In this document: positions 28,846-43,487 of the stretch, one piece after another | How the letters are laid out: each line of letters begins with the position of its first letter | Numbering within the stretch: position 1 is the first letter of the stretch | Source: the human T2T-CHM13v2.0 reference genome, Homo sapiens | Direction: 5' to 3' (one strand) | Assembly (NCBI RefSeq): GCF_009914755.1 | Contig: NC_060946.1 | DNA length: 64,000 nt | Notes under the pieces: model-generated | Told to the model about the DNA's origin: nothing | Databases searched by the model: none | What the model saw: the letters and a program-made list of their open reading frames with translations, nothing else | Program-made: the position numbers and the translations under genes

Positions 28846-29373
28846 TTAAAAAGGGAAACTTCCTATTTGCCCTCTAAAGGTTTGCAGAAAATGAATGGAC
28901 AAAACATAAATTAATAGAAGAAAGAGGCAAAAAAAAATTCTGTAAAATGTAGGGGAAAAATCACAGGGTCTCACTCAGTTACCCAGCATGAAGTGCAGTG
29001 GTGTGATCATGGCTCATTGCAACCTTGAATTCTCAAGCACAAGTGATTCTCCCCGCTAAGCCTATGGAGTAGCTGGGATCACAGGGGCATGCCACCATGC
29101 CCACATACATGGGTATTTGCTGGAGAGGAGATGGAGACTCTCTGTCCTGGATGTGAGACAGGTGGCTGGCATCTGGGTAAGGATGACATTCCCTCATTGC
29201 TAAAGAGTAAAAGAGGAAAGTGTCATGGATAGTGCAAGCAGGGACATGCCCTGACCTAGTGAGGTCCAGAGGCTTATATTGTCCTTCATAGGGGAGTGGG
29301 AAGAAGCGAGTGTAGGCAACCCAGGGGAAATAAATGACCTAAAATAAAAGAAATAGATCATCAGAAGTGTAGA
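28846..29373 (-). mobile_element. ERV1 LTR fragment (MER39/MER34-like) containing an Alu monomer (about 28960-29105)
   Basis: agggaaacttcctatttgccctctaaaggtttgcagaaaat is the antisense of the terminus seen near 12.2 kb. Confidence 0.5.
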
Positions 29374-29440
29374 TGTATTAGTCAGCATTCTCTAGAGTGA
29401 CAGAATTAGAGGACTATATACATATATATATGAAGGGGAG

Positions 29441-29905
29441 TGAGAGGGTTAATAATGAGTGTCAACTTGATAGGATTGAGGGATATGAAGTATTGATCCA
29501 GGGTGTGTCTGTGAGAGTGTTGCCGAAAGAGATTAACATTTGAGTCAGTGGGCTTGGGAAGGCAGACCCACCCTTAATCTGGTGGGCACAATCTAATCTG
29601 CTGCCAGCAAATATAAAGCAGGCAGAAAAATTTGAAAAGGAGAGACTGGCCTAGACTCCCAGCCTACATCTTTCTCCCATGCTGGTTTCTTCCTGCCCTC
29701 AAACATTGGACTCCATGGCTCTCCTTTCTCATCAGTTTGCAGACAGCCCATTGTGTAACTTATGATCCTGTAAGTTAATAAACTCCCCTTTATAAATAAA
29801 TATATATATGTGTGTGTGTGTGTGTGCATATATATATGTATGTGTGTATGTATATATATATGTATATACCCTGTTCTGTCCCTCTAGATGTCACTGGCTA
29901 ATACA
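29441..29905 (+). mobile_element. Solo MLT2A LTR nested in the opposite orientation within the 3' LTR
   Basis: tgagagggttaata...ctaataca flanked by gggag (29436-29440) and ggaag (29906-29910); the host LTR resumes at tttattaag. Confidence 0.88.
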
Positions 29906-30769
29906 GGAAGTTTATTAAGTATTAACTCACACAATCACCAAGTCTCACAATAGGCCATCTGCTGGATGAGGAGCAAAAAGAGCCAGCCAGAGTTCCAAAA
30001 CTGAAGAACTTGGAGTCCATGTTTGAGGGCAAGAAGCATCCAGCATGGGAGAAAGATGTAGGCTGGGAGGCGAGGCCCGTCTCTTTTCACATTTTTCTGC
30101 CTGCTTATAGTATGGCTGGGTTGGCAGCTGATTGGATTGTGCCCACACAGATTAAGGGTGGGTCTGCCTTTCCCAGCCCACTGACTCACATGTTAATCTT
30201 GTTTTGGCAACAACCTCACAGACACACCCAGGATGAATACTTTACATCCTTCAATCCAATCAAGTTGACACTCATTATTAACCATCACAAGCCAACCCTT
30301 TGTGAACTTGAACCCACACACATCTCCTGAGATCATACATAATCTTAAAATACCAGCAACAGTAAGGTCATAATTACCCCTAACATAATAAACTATCCTT
30401 CCTACAACTGGAAATGCACCAATCCCCAACCCAAATACTATTACATAAAGTAAACAATACTTAAATGCTGATATGAGGTCAGCAAATCTATGTTACCTGA
30501 TAAAGAAAAGGGAAATGAAATGAAGATATTTTCTTAGTACAAGTGCATACATGCACAAACATGTTTTTAACAAAAGAAGAAGGAAATACTCATGATAGTT
30601 CCAGTCCTCATTTCTGCAGCTGGTCAGGTGGTCGTAGCTGGTATTGATAACTACTTTCTTCCACTTTTCATTCTGTATTCCCTTTGCCTTCAGCAAGCAC
30701 CTCAGCAGGTCGTGACCCAGAGAGGATCTGGACCATTTGTAGTCCTACCTGGATTGGGTATAGTTTCCC

Positions 30770-31060
30770 ATTTACCTTAATCAGAGTGTATGATAATACC
30801 AAGAGACACCCTAATGGATCTCCTATATTCCATGCATACTCTTCCTCACTTCCGTTGTGGAGTAACGGACTGACTTCATCTTGATAGTCTGGGTCAATCA
30901 CTGCCGCCAACACTGTAACTCCATTCTTAGCTTGTTGACTTAAAGGTAGGAGGACCCCAAAGCGTCCAAGTGGCCATCTTAACTTCCAGTTTAATGGAAT
31001 CATTATTGTGTCTCCTGGTAGCAGCGTTCTTCCCTCTGGAGCTAAGATGACTAGTAAAGC
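30770..31060 (-). pseudogene. HERV-L dUTPase remnant
   Basis: APEGRTLLPGDTIMIPLNWKLRWPLGRFGVLLPLSQQAKNGVTVLAAVIDPDYQDEV within ORF 30668-31303. The consensus GVIDxDYxG motif has drifted to AVIDPDYQD. Confidence 0.8.
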
Positions 31061-34000
31061 AGAACCTAATGTCGTGGGAACAGAAAGCAAACATTTTGCT
31101 AGTGCATCATAGTGAGTGGTTCCACTTTCACATCCACCCCTTGAATCCTGGATCTGTGAATCCTGGCTATGGGAGAAACAATACCATACATTGGGCGCTG
31201 ATTCAGAGCACACATGGTCTTCTGGAGTATGGTGCCCCGGCCCGGCAAAGTATTGTAACCTAGTTGACGTTGTAATCGCGACCTCAAAAGGCCGTCCCAC
31301 CATTCTATCAATCCAGCTGCTTCAGGAAGATGGGGAATATGGTAAGACCAGTGAATTCCATGAGCATGGGCCCACTGCCTCACTTCTTTACCTGTAAAGT
31401 GAGTGCTTGGTCAGAGGTAATGCTGTGTGGAATACCGTGATAGTGGATAAGGCATTCCTTGAGTCCATAAATGGTAGTCTTGGCAGAAGCATTGCATGCA
31501 GGTAGGCAAACCCATATCCTGAGTAAGTGCCTGTTCCAATGAGGACAAACCTCTCTCCTTTCCATGGTGGAAGAGGTCCAATATAATCAACCTGCCACTG
31601 GGTAGCTGGTCGATCACCCCAGGGAATGATGCCATACAAAGGGTTCACTGTTAGTCTCTGCTGCTGCTGGCAAATTGGGCACTCAGCAGTGGCCACAGAC
31701 AGTTCAGCCTTGGTGAGTGGAAGTCCACATTGCTGAATCCATGCATAGCCTCCATCCCTGCCACCATGGCCGCTATGTTCATGGGCTCATTGGACAATGA
31801 CAGGGGTATCTGAGGAAAGAGGCTGAGTGGTATCCACAGAATGGGTCATCTTATCCACTTGATTATCAAAATCCTCCTCTGCTGAAGTCACTTGTTGGTC
31901 AACACTCACACAGGGTACAAATATCTTCAGTTTTTGACCAGAGAGGTCCATCTACATACTCTTTCTCCAAGTTTCTTTGTCACCAATTTTCCAATCATGC
32001 TTCCTCCAAGTCCCTGACCATCCAGCCAAACCATTGACTACAGCCCATGAATCAGTATATAACCGCACATCTGGAAATTTCTCCTTCCATGCAAAGTGTA
32101 CAATCAGGTGCACTGCTCAATGTTCTGCCCACTGGGAAGACTGTCCTTCACCACTGTCCTTCAGGGATGTCCTAGAAAGGGGCTGTAGTGCTTCAGCTGT
32201 CCACTTTTGGGCAGTACCTGCCTATTGTGGAGAACCATCTGTGAACCAGGCCCTAGTCCTCCCTTCCTGTGTCAACTGCTCAAAGGCAAGTCCCCATGAG
32301 GTCATCAGTGCAGGCCGTGGGAGAGAAGGCAGGGTGGCAGGAGTAGAGACCGTGGGCAATTGAGCCACTTCATCATGTAACTTACTTGTGCCCCCCAGGA
32401 CCTGCTTGAGCCCAATCACTTATACACCATTTCCATGTGATGATGGAATGCTGCTGTGCATGACCCACGTTATGGCTAGATGAGTCAGAAAGCACCCGGT
32501 TCATGATAGGCAGTTCAGGTCGCATGGTGACTTGTTGACTCATAGTCAAATGTTCAGTTTCCACAAAAGCCCAGTATAGGACAAGAGCTGTCTCTCAAAA
32601 GGAGAGTAGTTAACTGGAGAAGATGACCGGGCCTTGCTGCAAAATACTAGAGGCCTCCACCATGATTCACCTATGGAGGCCTGCCAAAGCCTCAAAGCAG
32701 CATTCCTATCTGCCATGGACACCTCGGGGAGACCCAGCCTCCCCTTCATTCAAGGGGTTCTGGGTCTGTAAACTGGCTCAAGGCTGGAAATTGATTGAGG
32801 GGCCATGAATCTCTGTTTTTATAATGCCAATTAGTCTTTTATCTGTTTGACCTTAAGTTTCCTCCTTACATAAATTAAGTAGGAATGCATTAGTCTTCCT
32901 GACAGTTTCACTTCTAGGAACACTGTGATTAGTTAGCCAATGCCAGAGCTCCACATGAGTCAGACTGTTCAGAATGCTGCTTTGTCTTTTCTGCCCATTA
33001 CGGTAGCTATGCCCACCGTGCCTTTGAGGGTTGAGTGCTACCACTTGGTACCTGCCACTTCAGGATCCAATTATTCCAAATTGTATTTAACTTTTGTAAC
33101 TGAGTGACTGCAGTCCTCACCATTAGATCTGACATACAGAGAAGAGCCTTTACAGGGCTCTTCAAAGATGCAGGTGCTGTCCTCACAAATCTATTTTGCA
33201 AGGTGTTTGTCAAGGGTATTAGGTACAGAGTCACTAAACTCCTTGCCTCTCATGAGCGATGATTCATTAGTGTCAAATGAATTTGTTTTGCATAGCTCTT
33301 TAAACCTTTCATGCCAAGAACTGTCAATGTTCTCTACACTATTAAAAGTAGAGTCCTTAGCATTTTGGGATCTAATCATATTTAGCAGCCAAATCCAGAA
33401 ACCCCAAAACAAACAAAAGAACTCCAAACTTAATATTCTGTTCCTGCAGAACCATTCCTGGTACCAAAATCTGTATTAGTGAGGGTTCTCTAGAGGGACA
33501 GAACTAATAAGTTCTATATATATATATATATATATGGGTTTATTACATATTAACTTACAGGATCACAAGATCCCACAGTAGGCTGTCTGCAGGCATGAGG
33601 AGTGAGGAGTAAGGAGAGCCAGCTCGAGTCTCAAAACTAAAGAACTTGGAGTCCGATGTTCAAGGGTAGGAAGCATCCAGCACGGGAGAGAGATGTAGGC
33701 TGGGGGGCTGGGCCAGACTCACTTTTTCACTTTTTTCTGCCTGCTTTATATTCACTGGCAGCTGATTAAATGGTGCCCATAGATTAAGTAGGGGGTCTGC
33801 CTTCCCCAGACTACTGACTCAAATATTAATCTCCTTTGGCAACACCCTCACAGACACACCCAGGAGCAATGCTTACATCCTTCAATGTAATCAAGTTGAC
33901 AATCAGTATTAACTATCACAGGATTACAGACCTGAGCCATCACACACAGTGTTATTGTATATTTCATACCATTTCCTGATTTTCCCATTTTATCTGTGAC

Positions 34001-34871
34001 TTAATAAAGTTTTTCAGCTATGACTCCAAACTGGTAATACTTGAAAGCACATTCAGATATATTTTGCAACAATTCATAACTGGCAAAATGTTGAGCCTTG
34101 TGGAAAGAGTCACCTTACTTCCCCGTCAGCTGTCAATTCCCCATCATTACTATCACTTCTGGGAGCACATTTTCCAAAACTCCTTTTCTCTCTATGGTTT
34201 CTTGTATTGTAACCTCCATGAGGTTACAATAAGTTACAACTAATTACTGTCATGAAATTGGAAGTCAGAGTGGTAGATTCATGTACACTGACACCTGAAG
34301 TAAAACACATGCAGTTAGGTGTGGAGTGGAGAATCACCTGGAGATGTGCTGCAGGCAGCTGAGAGCATCAGCACCCCCAGCCCTGGGCTTCCCAGACAGG
34401 ACTGAGGATCATCACATGGTGTTCAGCACATACCACCAGGGGCAGGTGCACCCTGGCTTCTGAAGTAGCACCTGAGAATCCCCTGTGTCTAGTACCTGCT
34501 TCATGAATAACACTCCATAGGCTTCGGAAAGACTGTGGTTTAGACTCTAATTTATTCAACTTGAATAATTTCTCCTTGAAATACTGAGAATAGCTTCTCT
34601 TTTGCTGTACAAATTCCGATTATCCCATAACACAGACTCCTCAGCAGGACTTATCTCTCTTCTTTATTCAGTCAGGACAGGCATTGTCACATCTTGTCTG
34701 CTGGGGATGAGGGCGAAAGAGGCTTAGGGTTCAGAGGAACCTCCCTGGCCTCCTCTAGGAAAATCTCCCAATGACTTTCCAAGCCTGACTGAGTTTGAGA
34801 ACTTCCCTCAGCAGATAGAGGCACCAGAAGGAGCATTGGGGCAGCCCAGCCTCACACATCTGCTTCCTTGG

Positions 34872-35376
<505 letters not shown>

Positions 35377-35419
35377 GCTGTGTCCTGACTGGGGCTGACT
35401 CCTGCACCGGGTGTGACCA

Positions 35420-35505
35420 GCCTATAAAAAGTCTTCAGGGCAGGGGGCTGTGCTCTAGGAACAGGCAAATCAGCAAGGGATGGGGCAGGCTGAGCACAGC
35501 TGCAG
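35420..35505 (-). promoter_or_regulatory. Vk1 promoter with mutated octamer
   Basis: ATTTGCCT in place of ATTTGCAT (35463-35470); E-box TGCAGCTGTG near 35495-35504; TATA-like sequence near 35425. Confidence 0.75.
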
Positions 35506-37714
35506 GGCTGGCTCATCTCAGTAACTCAGCACAGGGACGCAGTATCCCCAGAGTCCCAGGTCAGACCAGGGCAGCACCAATTTACCTTGAAAGAATACAC
35601 TTCTCATTAGTGGCCATACGGTTACAGAACATATTTTTGGAGTGAATTTTCAAAATTTTAAATCAACCTAAGACTAGGTTAAATAATATATTTATACTTG
35701 TATTAGGAGTGCATAGGAAAGCATCATTTTTGGCAGAAAATTTACAAGAAATTACAATAAAGTTGTAGAATGTGGGGCTGTCAGAAATTTCAGTTAGTCT
35801 CAAAGGAATTTGATGAGTGTAAAAGTATTTAGTGTTATAATAACAATGTCTCTGTCAGTGTGAAGTTGCTTCTTTTTTGAAATGATATAAAAAGAATTTA
35901 TCAGAAGCATCTTTAATAAATTCAATAGAATTTACTAACAAACTTAAGACATTGTTCCTAGGAGTAAAAGGAAAAACAATTCTCTGAAGATGCACAAAGA
36001 TGATAACTGTGTCACACATAGATCTGCCATTATCCAGAGCTATGGGTCTCTTTAAGACCCAGGGGCTAAATGGGCTGCACCTTATTCTTGGCGTGATGAT
36101 CCCCATATTCTATCCCCTTTCCTGCCTTTGGTATAATTTCTTATGGTTCTCCAGCATGGAGAGCTGACTAGTAATACCAGGTCTCATTATTTCAACTAAA
36201 ATCTCTGTTTCACTCGCTGACTATAGGAGCCTGGATTAAAATCAACTTGAAGCCCTGTATCAATCTAGGCTCAAATAGTCAATTGCTTCAAAGTAGGATG
36301 ACAAAGGCCACATGCCCTGAGTAATGCTCTGAGCTGCGCTCCCCACCAGCCTGTTCCTGGGGTCTCAGGAGCATCTGCCCTAGAGTCTGGCTTTCTGGAG
36401 AGCAGGTGAGGGGGGAAAAGCCAGGTCAGTGAACCTCTCTCCTTAGCGAGGGCAGCTGCTGCCCAATGCATGTTCTTGCCATGCACCAGGGCATCATCCT
36501 GACCCAGATGCCAGCCACCCTGTCTCACATCCATTTAGAGAGAATCTCCATCTTCTGCCAAGACACTGCCCATGTAGATGAAAAAGTATTTTGCCTCCAA
36601 ACATATCTTAAGCACTGATTTGAACCTCAATACTTCACACAGATGCCTTTGCCCAGGGCGTGTCGGCCTGGCTCAACAGCAGGGGAAGTGGAGCCAATTA
36701 TATCAGTGTCAGTGGACTGAGAAATACTCCAGGGAGTAGTTCTCATGCACGACTACCAGTGGCCAGACCAAGGTAGTGCAGCCTGTGCACAAACCTCCTG
36801 CTGCTTTTCCAGAGGACTGGATTTCTGGGAAATGGCTACTGAACAGGCTGCCAGGATCCATATATCCAGATTCAGAGAGATACATCTCTGGATTCAAATG
36901 CGCTTTTTCTTTGTGCATAATTTTTGCAGTCATTGTTACTACGCCTTGGGGATTCTAGTCATTATACTTCAGCTCACTCTCTATGGCCCTTTCTCCCCTT
37001 CACTGCTCTATCTGAACCTGGGGAAGCAGCTCAGGCTGCAAATGAGGCAGACCTCATGGCCTGGAATTAGCATCCCCTAGGACGGCTGTCAATCAGTGAT
37101 GACAAGGGAGGCGTACACATCCCCCAGCTCCCTCACCTCTCAGGTGGAATAACAGAGGCATTTTTCCTGTGTTTCTATGTGGGCTTGAGCTCTCGTCATC
37201 CTCAGAGGTGGCTCCTTCTGAGGCACCTTTCACTTTCCCTTTCCCTCCTCCCCTCCCTTGCTCACTTGCTTGTTTCTGGCACTTTGTAAATATACTGCCT
37301 GCATGCGAATCTTTGGCATTCTTCTCACTGAGGGGACCCAACCTAATGCATTGGAAAAATCCTCATTCTTGGAGGGCATCGTTGGTTTGAATTATTGCCA
37401 CTTCTCATGTTTTAATGCATAGGGAAATTCCAAAACTTTAGGAAATCTTTCAATTCCCTTTGCCGATCTTTCTTAGATTTGATTTTAGCAGAGATTCATT
37501 TTCTCTAGGTCACAAAATCACAGAAGCCTTCCACAAATGTTTACACAGCATAGAGTCCACATAGAGCAGAGACTCAGAATCTCCCAGGATTTGACATCCA
37601 CACATCAGACAGTCCTAGAGTCTCAGGTTTTTTCTAGGTCCATCGCCTCATAAATCTGCCTTGTGATATTTTTATTCTACCTTAGGGGAAGACCATGGTG
37701 TGGATGATGAGGGC

Positions 37715-38177
37715 TGTTTGTGGAATGAATAATACACCCACTAAAGACATCATTGTCCTAGTATCTGGAATCTATGATCATTATTTATGAATATGTCAAA
37801 AATAACTTGGCAGACATGGTTGAGAATTTGGGGGTCAGGAGAGTATCCTGAATTATCTGGGTGAGACCATCATAATCACAAGGGTCCTTACAACAGGGAG
37901 GGAGGAAGGTGACAGCCAGAGAGGACCTGGGACAACGGACGGGGAAACTGGAGTGATGGAGGAAGGGCCATGCTGCTGGGAATGTGGGAACATCAGAAAG
38001 ATGGAATGCTCGACATTGGATTCTCTCTCTTGAAGCCTAGACTGAATAGAGCCCTATTACTCCTTGATTTTACTTCACTGAGACTTCTGACCTCCAGAAA
38101 TGTAAGACAATACACTTGTGTTATGTGGAGCAGTAAGGTTGTGGTAATTTGTTACAGCAGCAACAGGAAACCAATGC
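37715..38177 (+). mobile_element. MLT1 LTR
   Basis: gagtatcctgaattatctgggtg...tgtggtaatttgttacagcagcaacaggaaaccaatgca. Confidence 0.8.
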
Positions 38178-38479
38178 AAGGGGAAGGGGTGTGCTTTACT
38201 TCCCTAGTGTATCACTGTCCTCTGTTCTCCCAAATAGTTCTGTGTTGTTGTGTTTGCTGTCAATTTCAAGAAGAGACAGACAACATTTTTCTATGAGGAG
38301 AGCTAGCACCACAATTCTTCTTACGTAGAAAGTGTCTTGAGTAATTCTCTGGGTTAGGTCTTGTACAATCTTGGTAACTGAGAGCCTGGAGGTCATCCCT
38401 CACAGCACATGAGAAGAAGAAGGGGACGCGGGTTTGCTGTTTTAACATTTGTAGGGCAAATTAGATGTACAAGACCCAT

Positions 38480-38835
38480 TCTTTTTATTATTATTATTAT
38501 TGTTCTTTAAGTTCTAGGGTACATGTGCAGAACGTGCAGGTTTGTTACATATGTATACATGTGCCATGTTGGTGTGCTGCACCCATTAACTCGTCATTTA
38601 CATTAGGCGTATCTCCTAATGCTAACCCTCCCCCCTCCCCACACCCCACAACAGTCCCCGGTGTGTCATGTTCCCCTTCCTGAGTCCATGTGTTCTCATT
38701 GTTCAATTCCCACCTATGAGTGAGAACATGCAGTGATTGGTTTTTTGTCCTTGCGATAGTTTGCTGAGAATGATGGTTTCCGGCTTCATCCATGTCCCTA
38801 CAAAGGACATGAACTCATCCTTTTTTATGGCTGCA
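38480..38835 (-). mobile_element. L1PA 3' end (young primate L1, 5'-truncated)
   Basis: Canonical antisense 3' UTR (ttctagggtacatgtgcagaacgtgcagg...aaaggacatgaactcatcc). Confidence 0.93.
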
Positions 38836-39625
38836 AGCGAGGACTGAGTCAGAGAGATGGGGATGGCAGAGGAGATAAAATGTGGTCAGGGCCGTGTAAA
38901 ATGTGACCCTGCTGCCATATCTGAAAGAAAGGCTGTTGGTGTTTGTAACGGCTTTGGGCAAATTGTGCTTTGTAGACAAAACTGTAGAAGGGTCTGGGTT
39001 TAAGCTTAGTGTCAGCATGATGAGGACTAGAGGTCGCAGTGAGCTTGTGTTAAGAAATCCACCCTGCACTTCTGGCTTTGTCTCTTTCCTGGTTTTTATA
39101 GGTGGTGGGTTCCTCTATGGAATGAACGTGGCTCTGTGGAAGGGACATAGTTAAGGTCAGACAGACCTAGATTCCAAGTTCAGCTTCAACAACTGCTGAC
39201 CAAGTGACTTTTATGCAAATCAGCCATGTGCTGTCATGAACAGTTTCCTCATGTGTGAAATGGGGCACTGAGGATGTGAAGGGGTGTCCTGAGGGTTCCA
39301 CCAGCTGATGCACCATGAAGTGTACATACATGTATAGAGAGACACACACACATACATGAGAAGAGTATCTAGTGCCCCTTTTATGCATTCTTGCGTAACT
39401 CAGAATGTTATGTGAGATATTAAGAGTCATATGTCATTTTCAACTAAAATTATCAATATTTATCTTATAACTAACAGATGCTTCTCTGTAAGCTGTAGGT
39501 TTCATGTACATCTCTTCAATCACAAAATTTTTCACCAACATATTTATGTCTAGTATCAGAAAGTTAAGCAAGGAGATTGCAAACCAACACAGCACCTTTA
39601 GTCTGGATTTTCCCGGAGCCCCATT

Positions 39626-40090
39626 TGTGTTAGTGTCCTCGGGCTACTGTAACAAGTTCTCAAAAATGTGGTAGCTTCAAACAACAGGAATGGAATCTCT
39701 CATAGTTCAGAAATCCAGATCAGTTTCACTGGGCTAAGATCTTGGAGTCATCAGTTCTGGCTCCTTCTGAAGCTCTAGGGAGCAGTCTGATTTAGCTCTT
39801 CCAGCTTCTGGTGGCTTCTCTCTCCCGGGATGTGGACACATCACTGCAATCTCTGTCTCTGTGTTCACATTGCCTTCTCCACTTCAGTCTATGCTAAATG
39901 TGTCTCTACCTCTTGTTTTTTTTTAGGACACTTGAGTTTGCATTTAAGTCCCAGTTGATTAATCTAAGACCATCTCCCTGTTTCAAGCTCCTTAATTTAC
40001 ACCTGCAAAAGCTGTTTTCCCAAATGAGACACATGCATAGTCTTCTTGGAATGAAACCTCACTATTTGGGGATGATACTCAGTACTACAC
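39626..40090 (-). mobile_element. MLT1 LTR
   Basis: tgtgttagtgtcctcgggctactgtaacaag...ctctcatagttc antisense terminus. Confidence 0.75.
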
Positions 40091-40136
40091 CATTACATAA
40101 CCAGGTCTCAGTGTTAGTCCTGTACATACATCACAA

Positions 40137-40148
40137 TCTCTCTCTCTC

Positions 40149-40186
<38 letters not shown>
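40137..40186. repeat. (CT)n microsatellite
   Basis: Read directly. Confidence 0.95.
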
Positions 40187-40251
40187 CACACACCCTGGCT
40201 TCCTCCTTTTCTCAATGTCATAAATCTCTTCAATTCCTTAAGTGTATCCAG

Positions 40252-41106
40252 TGATACCTATAAACAAATAAGTATCTGAGAAAAGTCTCAATCAGTTTAG
40301 AAATTTATTTGGTCAAAGTTACAGAAATATCAGTGAAACAGCCTCAGGAGGTCTTGAGAACACGTGTCAAAGGTCGTCGGGCTACAGGTTGGTTTTACAC
40401 ATTTTAGGGAGACATAAGATATCAATCAATACGTGTAAGCTGTACATTGCTTTGATATGGAAAGGCAGGACAGCCCGAAGGAGGGGGGATGTTGGGGACT
40501 TCCAGGTCATAGGTGGATTCAAAGATTTCATAGGTGGTTGAAAGAGTTTATCTAATGACCTGTAATCAACACAAGGGAGTTTCTGGGTTTAGGAAAAGGG
40601 TTTTGGAGCCAAGGTTGCATCATGCAGATGAAGCCTCCAGGTAGCAGGCTTCAGAGAGAATAGATTGTAATTGTTTCTTAGTAGACTTAAAAGGTGCCAA
40701 ACTCTTAGTTAAATCTCTCTGGGTCAGGAAAGAGACTTAAAAAGGAATCTCTACAGAATGTAGATTTTTCCCACAAGAACCAGCTTTGCAGAGGCATTTT
40801 TAAATACATTAAATAACAATATCTTGGGGAAAATACTTTGATTTCTCTTAGGATGTGGTATCTGTCACATTGGTATCTTATTGCTATAAAGAGTTTTGTT
40901 TGTCAGTCTCAAGGTCTCTGTCTTCATATTAAAAGCTGGTCAGTTGTGCCTGAATTTTAAAGGGAAGAGGGTAAGTTAAGGCATATCCAATCATCCGTTC
41001 TGATCATGGACTGCATTGTATTTCAGGTTGATTTTGGTGTGTCCTTGGCTGAGAGGAGGAGTTCATTCAGTTGGTTAGGGAGCTTAGAGTTTCATTTTTG
41101 GTTTAC
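40252..41106 (-). mobile_element. MER4-family ERV1 solo LTR
   Basis: Minus strand begins tgtaaaccaaaaatgaaactctaagc; internal acagcctcaggaggtc motif. Confidence 0.8.
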
Positions 41107-43187
41107 ACACCTATGTCCAGGTAAGAGGGCCCCACACAGGAGAGCTTGCTCGGAACCTGGCTTGCAGGGCTGCTTACAGACCTTCTATGTCTCCTGTTGT
41201 CATGCACAAGGAAGGACACAGCCAATGACAACCCTCAGCCATCCGGGGAGAAGCTGTGTCTGCAGAGGACGGTCATGAGCTGTGAGTCTAGAGACCTGTG
41301 ATTGTCTTCAGGGGCCTGTGGTCCTCGGCTTTCACAGGAGTTGTGGGGGCACTGGCTCAAATAGCATCCACCAGGATTCCAATCAGAATATCTCATTCAC
41401 AGAAGGCAGTGGGTGATATGACAGCACAGAGGGACTCTGTGGGGCCAGCTGCATGGAGCACTCTGGGAGAGTCACTGGCACCCGTGCTAGGCAGAGCTTC
41501 ATTCAACTTCTGGAGCACACGGATTTAGATCTCTTTACATCACTTTGAAAGACCATTTATCATTCTGAAGGAAACCACTGTAATTAACTAAGGTAACATC
41601 TTTAATAGGTAGAAAGAAAAAAGTGATTATTTTATTGCCAAGATGATTACAAGAAAAGAAACAAACAAAAATAGCATGAAGGAAAGAGCAGCACTAGACT
41701 GAGGGCTTTGGGTAAGAGGTTGAGACTTAGTAGTGAATCCCCTGGGCCATCTTCTGTCAAAAGGGAGGGACAATCAGCAAAGGGAAATATGCAGTAGAGG
41801 CAAAATCTTGGTTAGTAAAAGAATCCTAAGAGAAAACAAGTAGTCTCCTTCCTGAGCATCATGTTGGTGTCGGGAAGATGCACATAATCCCCCCATTGCA
41901 TGTCTTACACTTTTCAGCAATTAGGGCTCAGCATGAATTTAGAAGACACCATTCACTTCACAGCAGATGGGGACACAGTCCAGGCAGCGGTGAGAGGCAA
42001 GGCTGGGCTTTCAGTCTCAGAGCACAGAGCAGGTTCCCCACTACTCCGCACCCTGGTGTCTCCTCCCAGATGTTCCAGATGTTCCACCTCATTCTAGCCT
42101 TAAGGGCTCCAAGTGGTTAATGGGACAGTAGCCCTCTTCCTTTCCCAGGGTTTCTAAGAATTTGGCTCTCTTTTGTGTATTGTGGGGTTTGTTTGCCATC
42201 TAGAGGCAGGTTTTTGGCATAGCAACTTATAGGCTTTTTCTACTTGTGATAGCGAAAATAAATACATAAATAAATTCATCATAAATAATAGATTGACTTA
42301 ATGCATTGAATCTGTAAAAAAAAAAATAAGGTCAGTTTGAGAGCTTAAAAGGAGCCTGATGAGGTTAAAAAGACAAATTACCTTTAGTAAAGAACAGTTG
42401 GAGCAATAGATGATTCTTTCTTTAATCAATGACATTTTAGGAGTAATTATCAAATGGTAAATAAAACTTGAAATAAGCTGATAAAATATAATTTTATATG
42501 CAAAAAAATATTTCCAAGAACCATACAAATACATTTTCAGATTAAAACAAACAAAAAATGTGGGTTTATCATCAGATCCGCTAAATGGAAGATTTCTCAA
42601 ATGTGTGCTTGGAGCAAAAATAACACTTATCCCTATTTGAAAGTTCAAGATTTTTGAGCTTTAGAAGAAAACAGCTTTCCCTTCACTCTGTTCCACTCAC
42701 GCTTCTGAGGATGGCCATGGGGGCTGTGACTGTGAGGAAGGAGGAAAGCTGTGCACTAAGGGTGGTCGTGCCTCCTGCGGACCTGAGTGACCTCATGGAA
42801 CAGAGCCAACGACACCACCAAGGCCACCCACCTGCCTCTCCACTGCCATGGCACAGACACAGAAACCTTGTCACATTTGGTCAAGTGTAACTAGAAGCTT
42901 CTTTGTAGCAGCCACTTTTGATTCTGCTTGTATCTTCTCTCAGGTTCAGGGGATGGTTCACCTTTCACCATTTTGTTTTGAGAGTGTGTAGCCCTTTGTT
43001 ACATCAGCATTATATAAGTTGTTTGTTTGTTTGTTTGTTTGTTTAAGATATCTAACCATCTTGAATGGGTTGGGACTAATCTTGTGTCTCACAGCAAAGC
43101 AGAAATTCAAGGTTGCTAGAGGCTATCAATTACATGAGGGCTAAAGATGACGACATCATTGCTTAGCTCGGGGTCATACTACTTACA

Positions 43188-43487
<300 letters not shown>

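Larger units (their letters stand above)
29374..33920 (-). mobile_element. HERV-L provirus, internally deleted (MLT2A LTRs at 33472-33920 and 29374-30289)
   Basis: TG..CA LTRs. Leu-tRNA-type PBS TGGTACCAGGAATGG at 33466-33452; PPT next to 30289. Gag remnants 32850-33430; RNase H (WFTDGS) about 32000-32420; integrase (WQVDYIGPLP, AAGLIEWW) 31100-31700; dUTPase after integrase. Protease and most of RT are missing. Confidence 0.93.

Noticed and set aside
30668-31303. 211-aa ORF as a functional or domesticated dUTPase
   Set aside because: The N-terminus is out-of-frame integrase sequence, the conserved motif glycines are altered and the surrounding pol is fragmented.
41100-42150. GC-richer stretches that might be further V relics (also about 62700-62900)
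   Set aside because: I could not find Cys/Trp framework motifs or an RSS in any frame.
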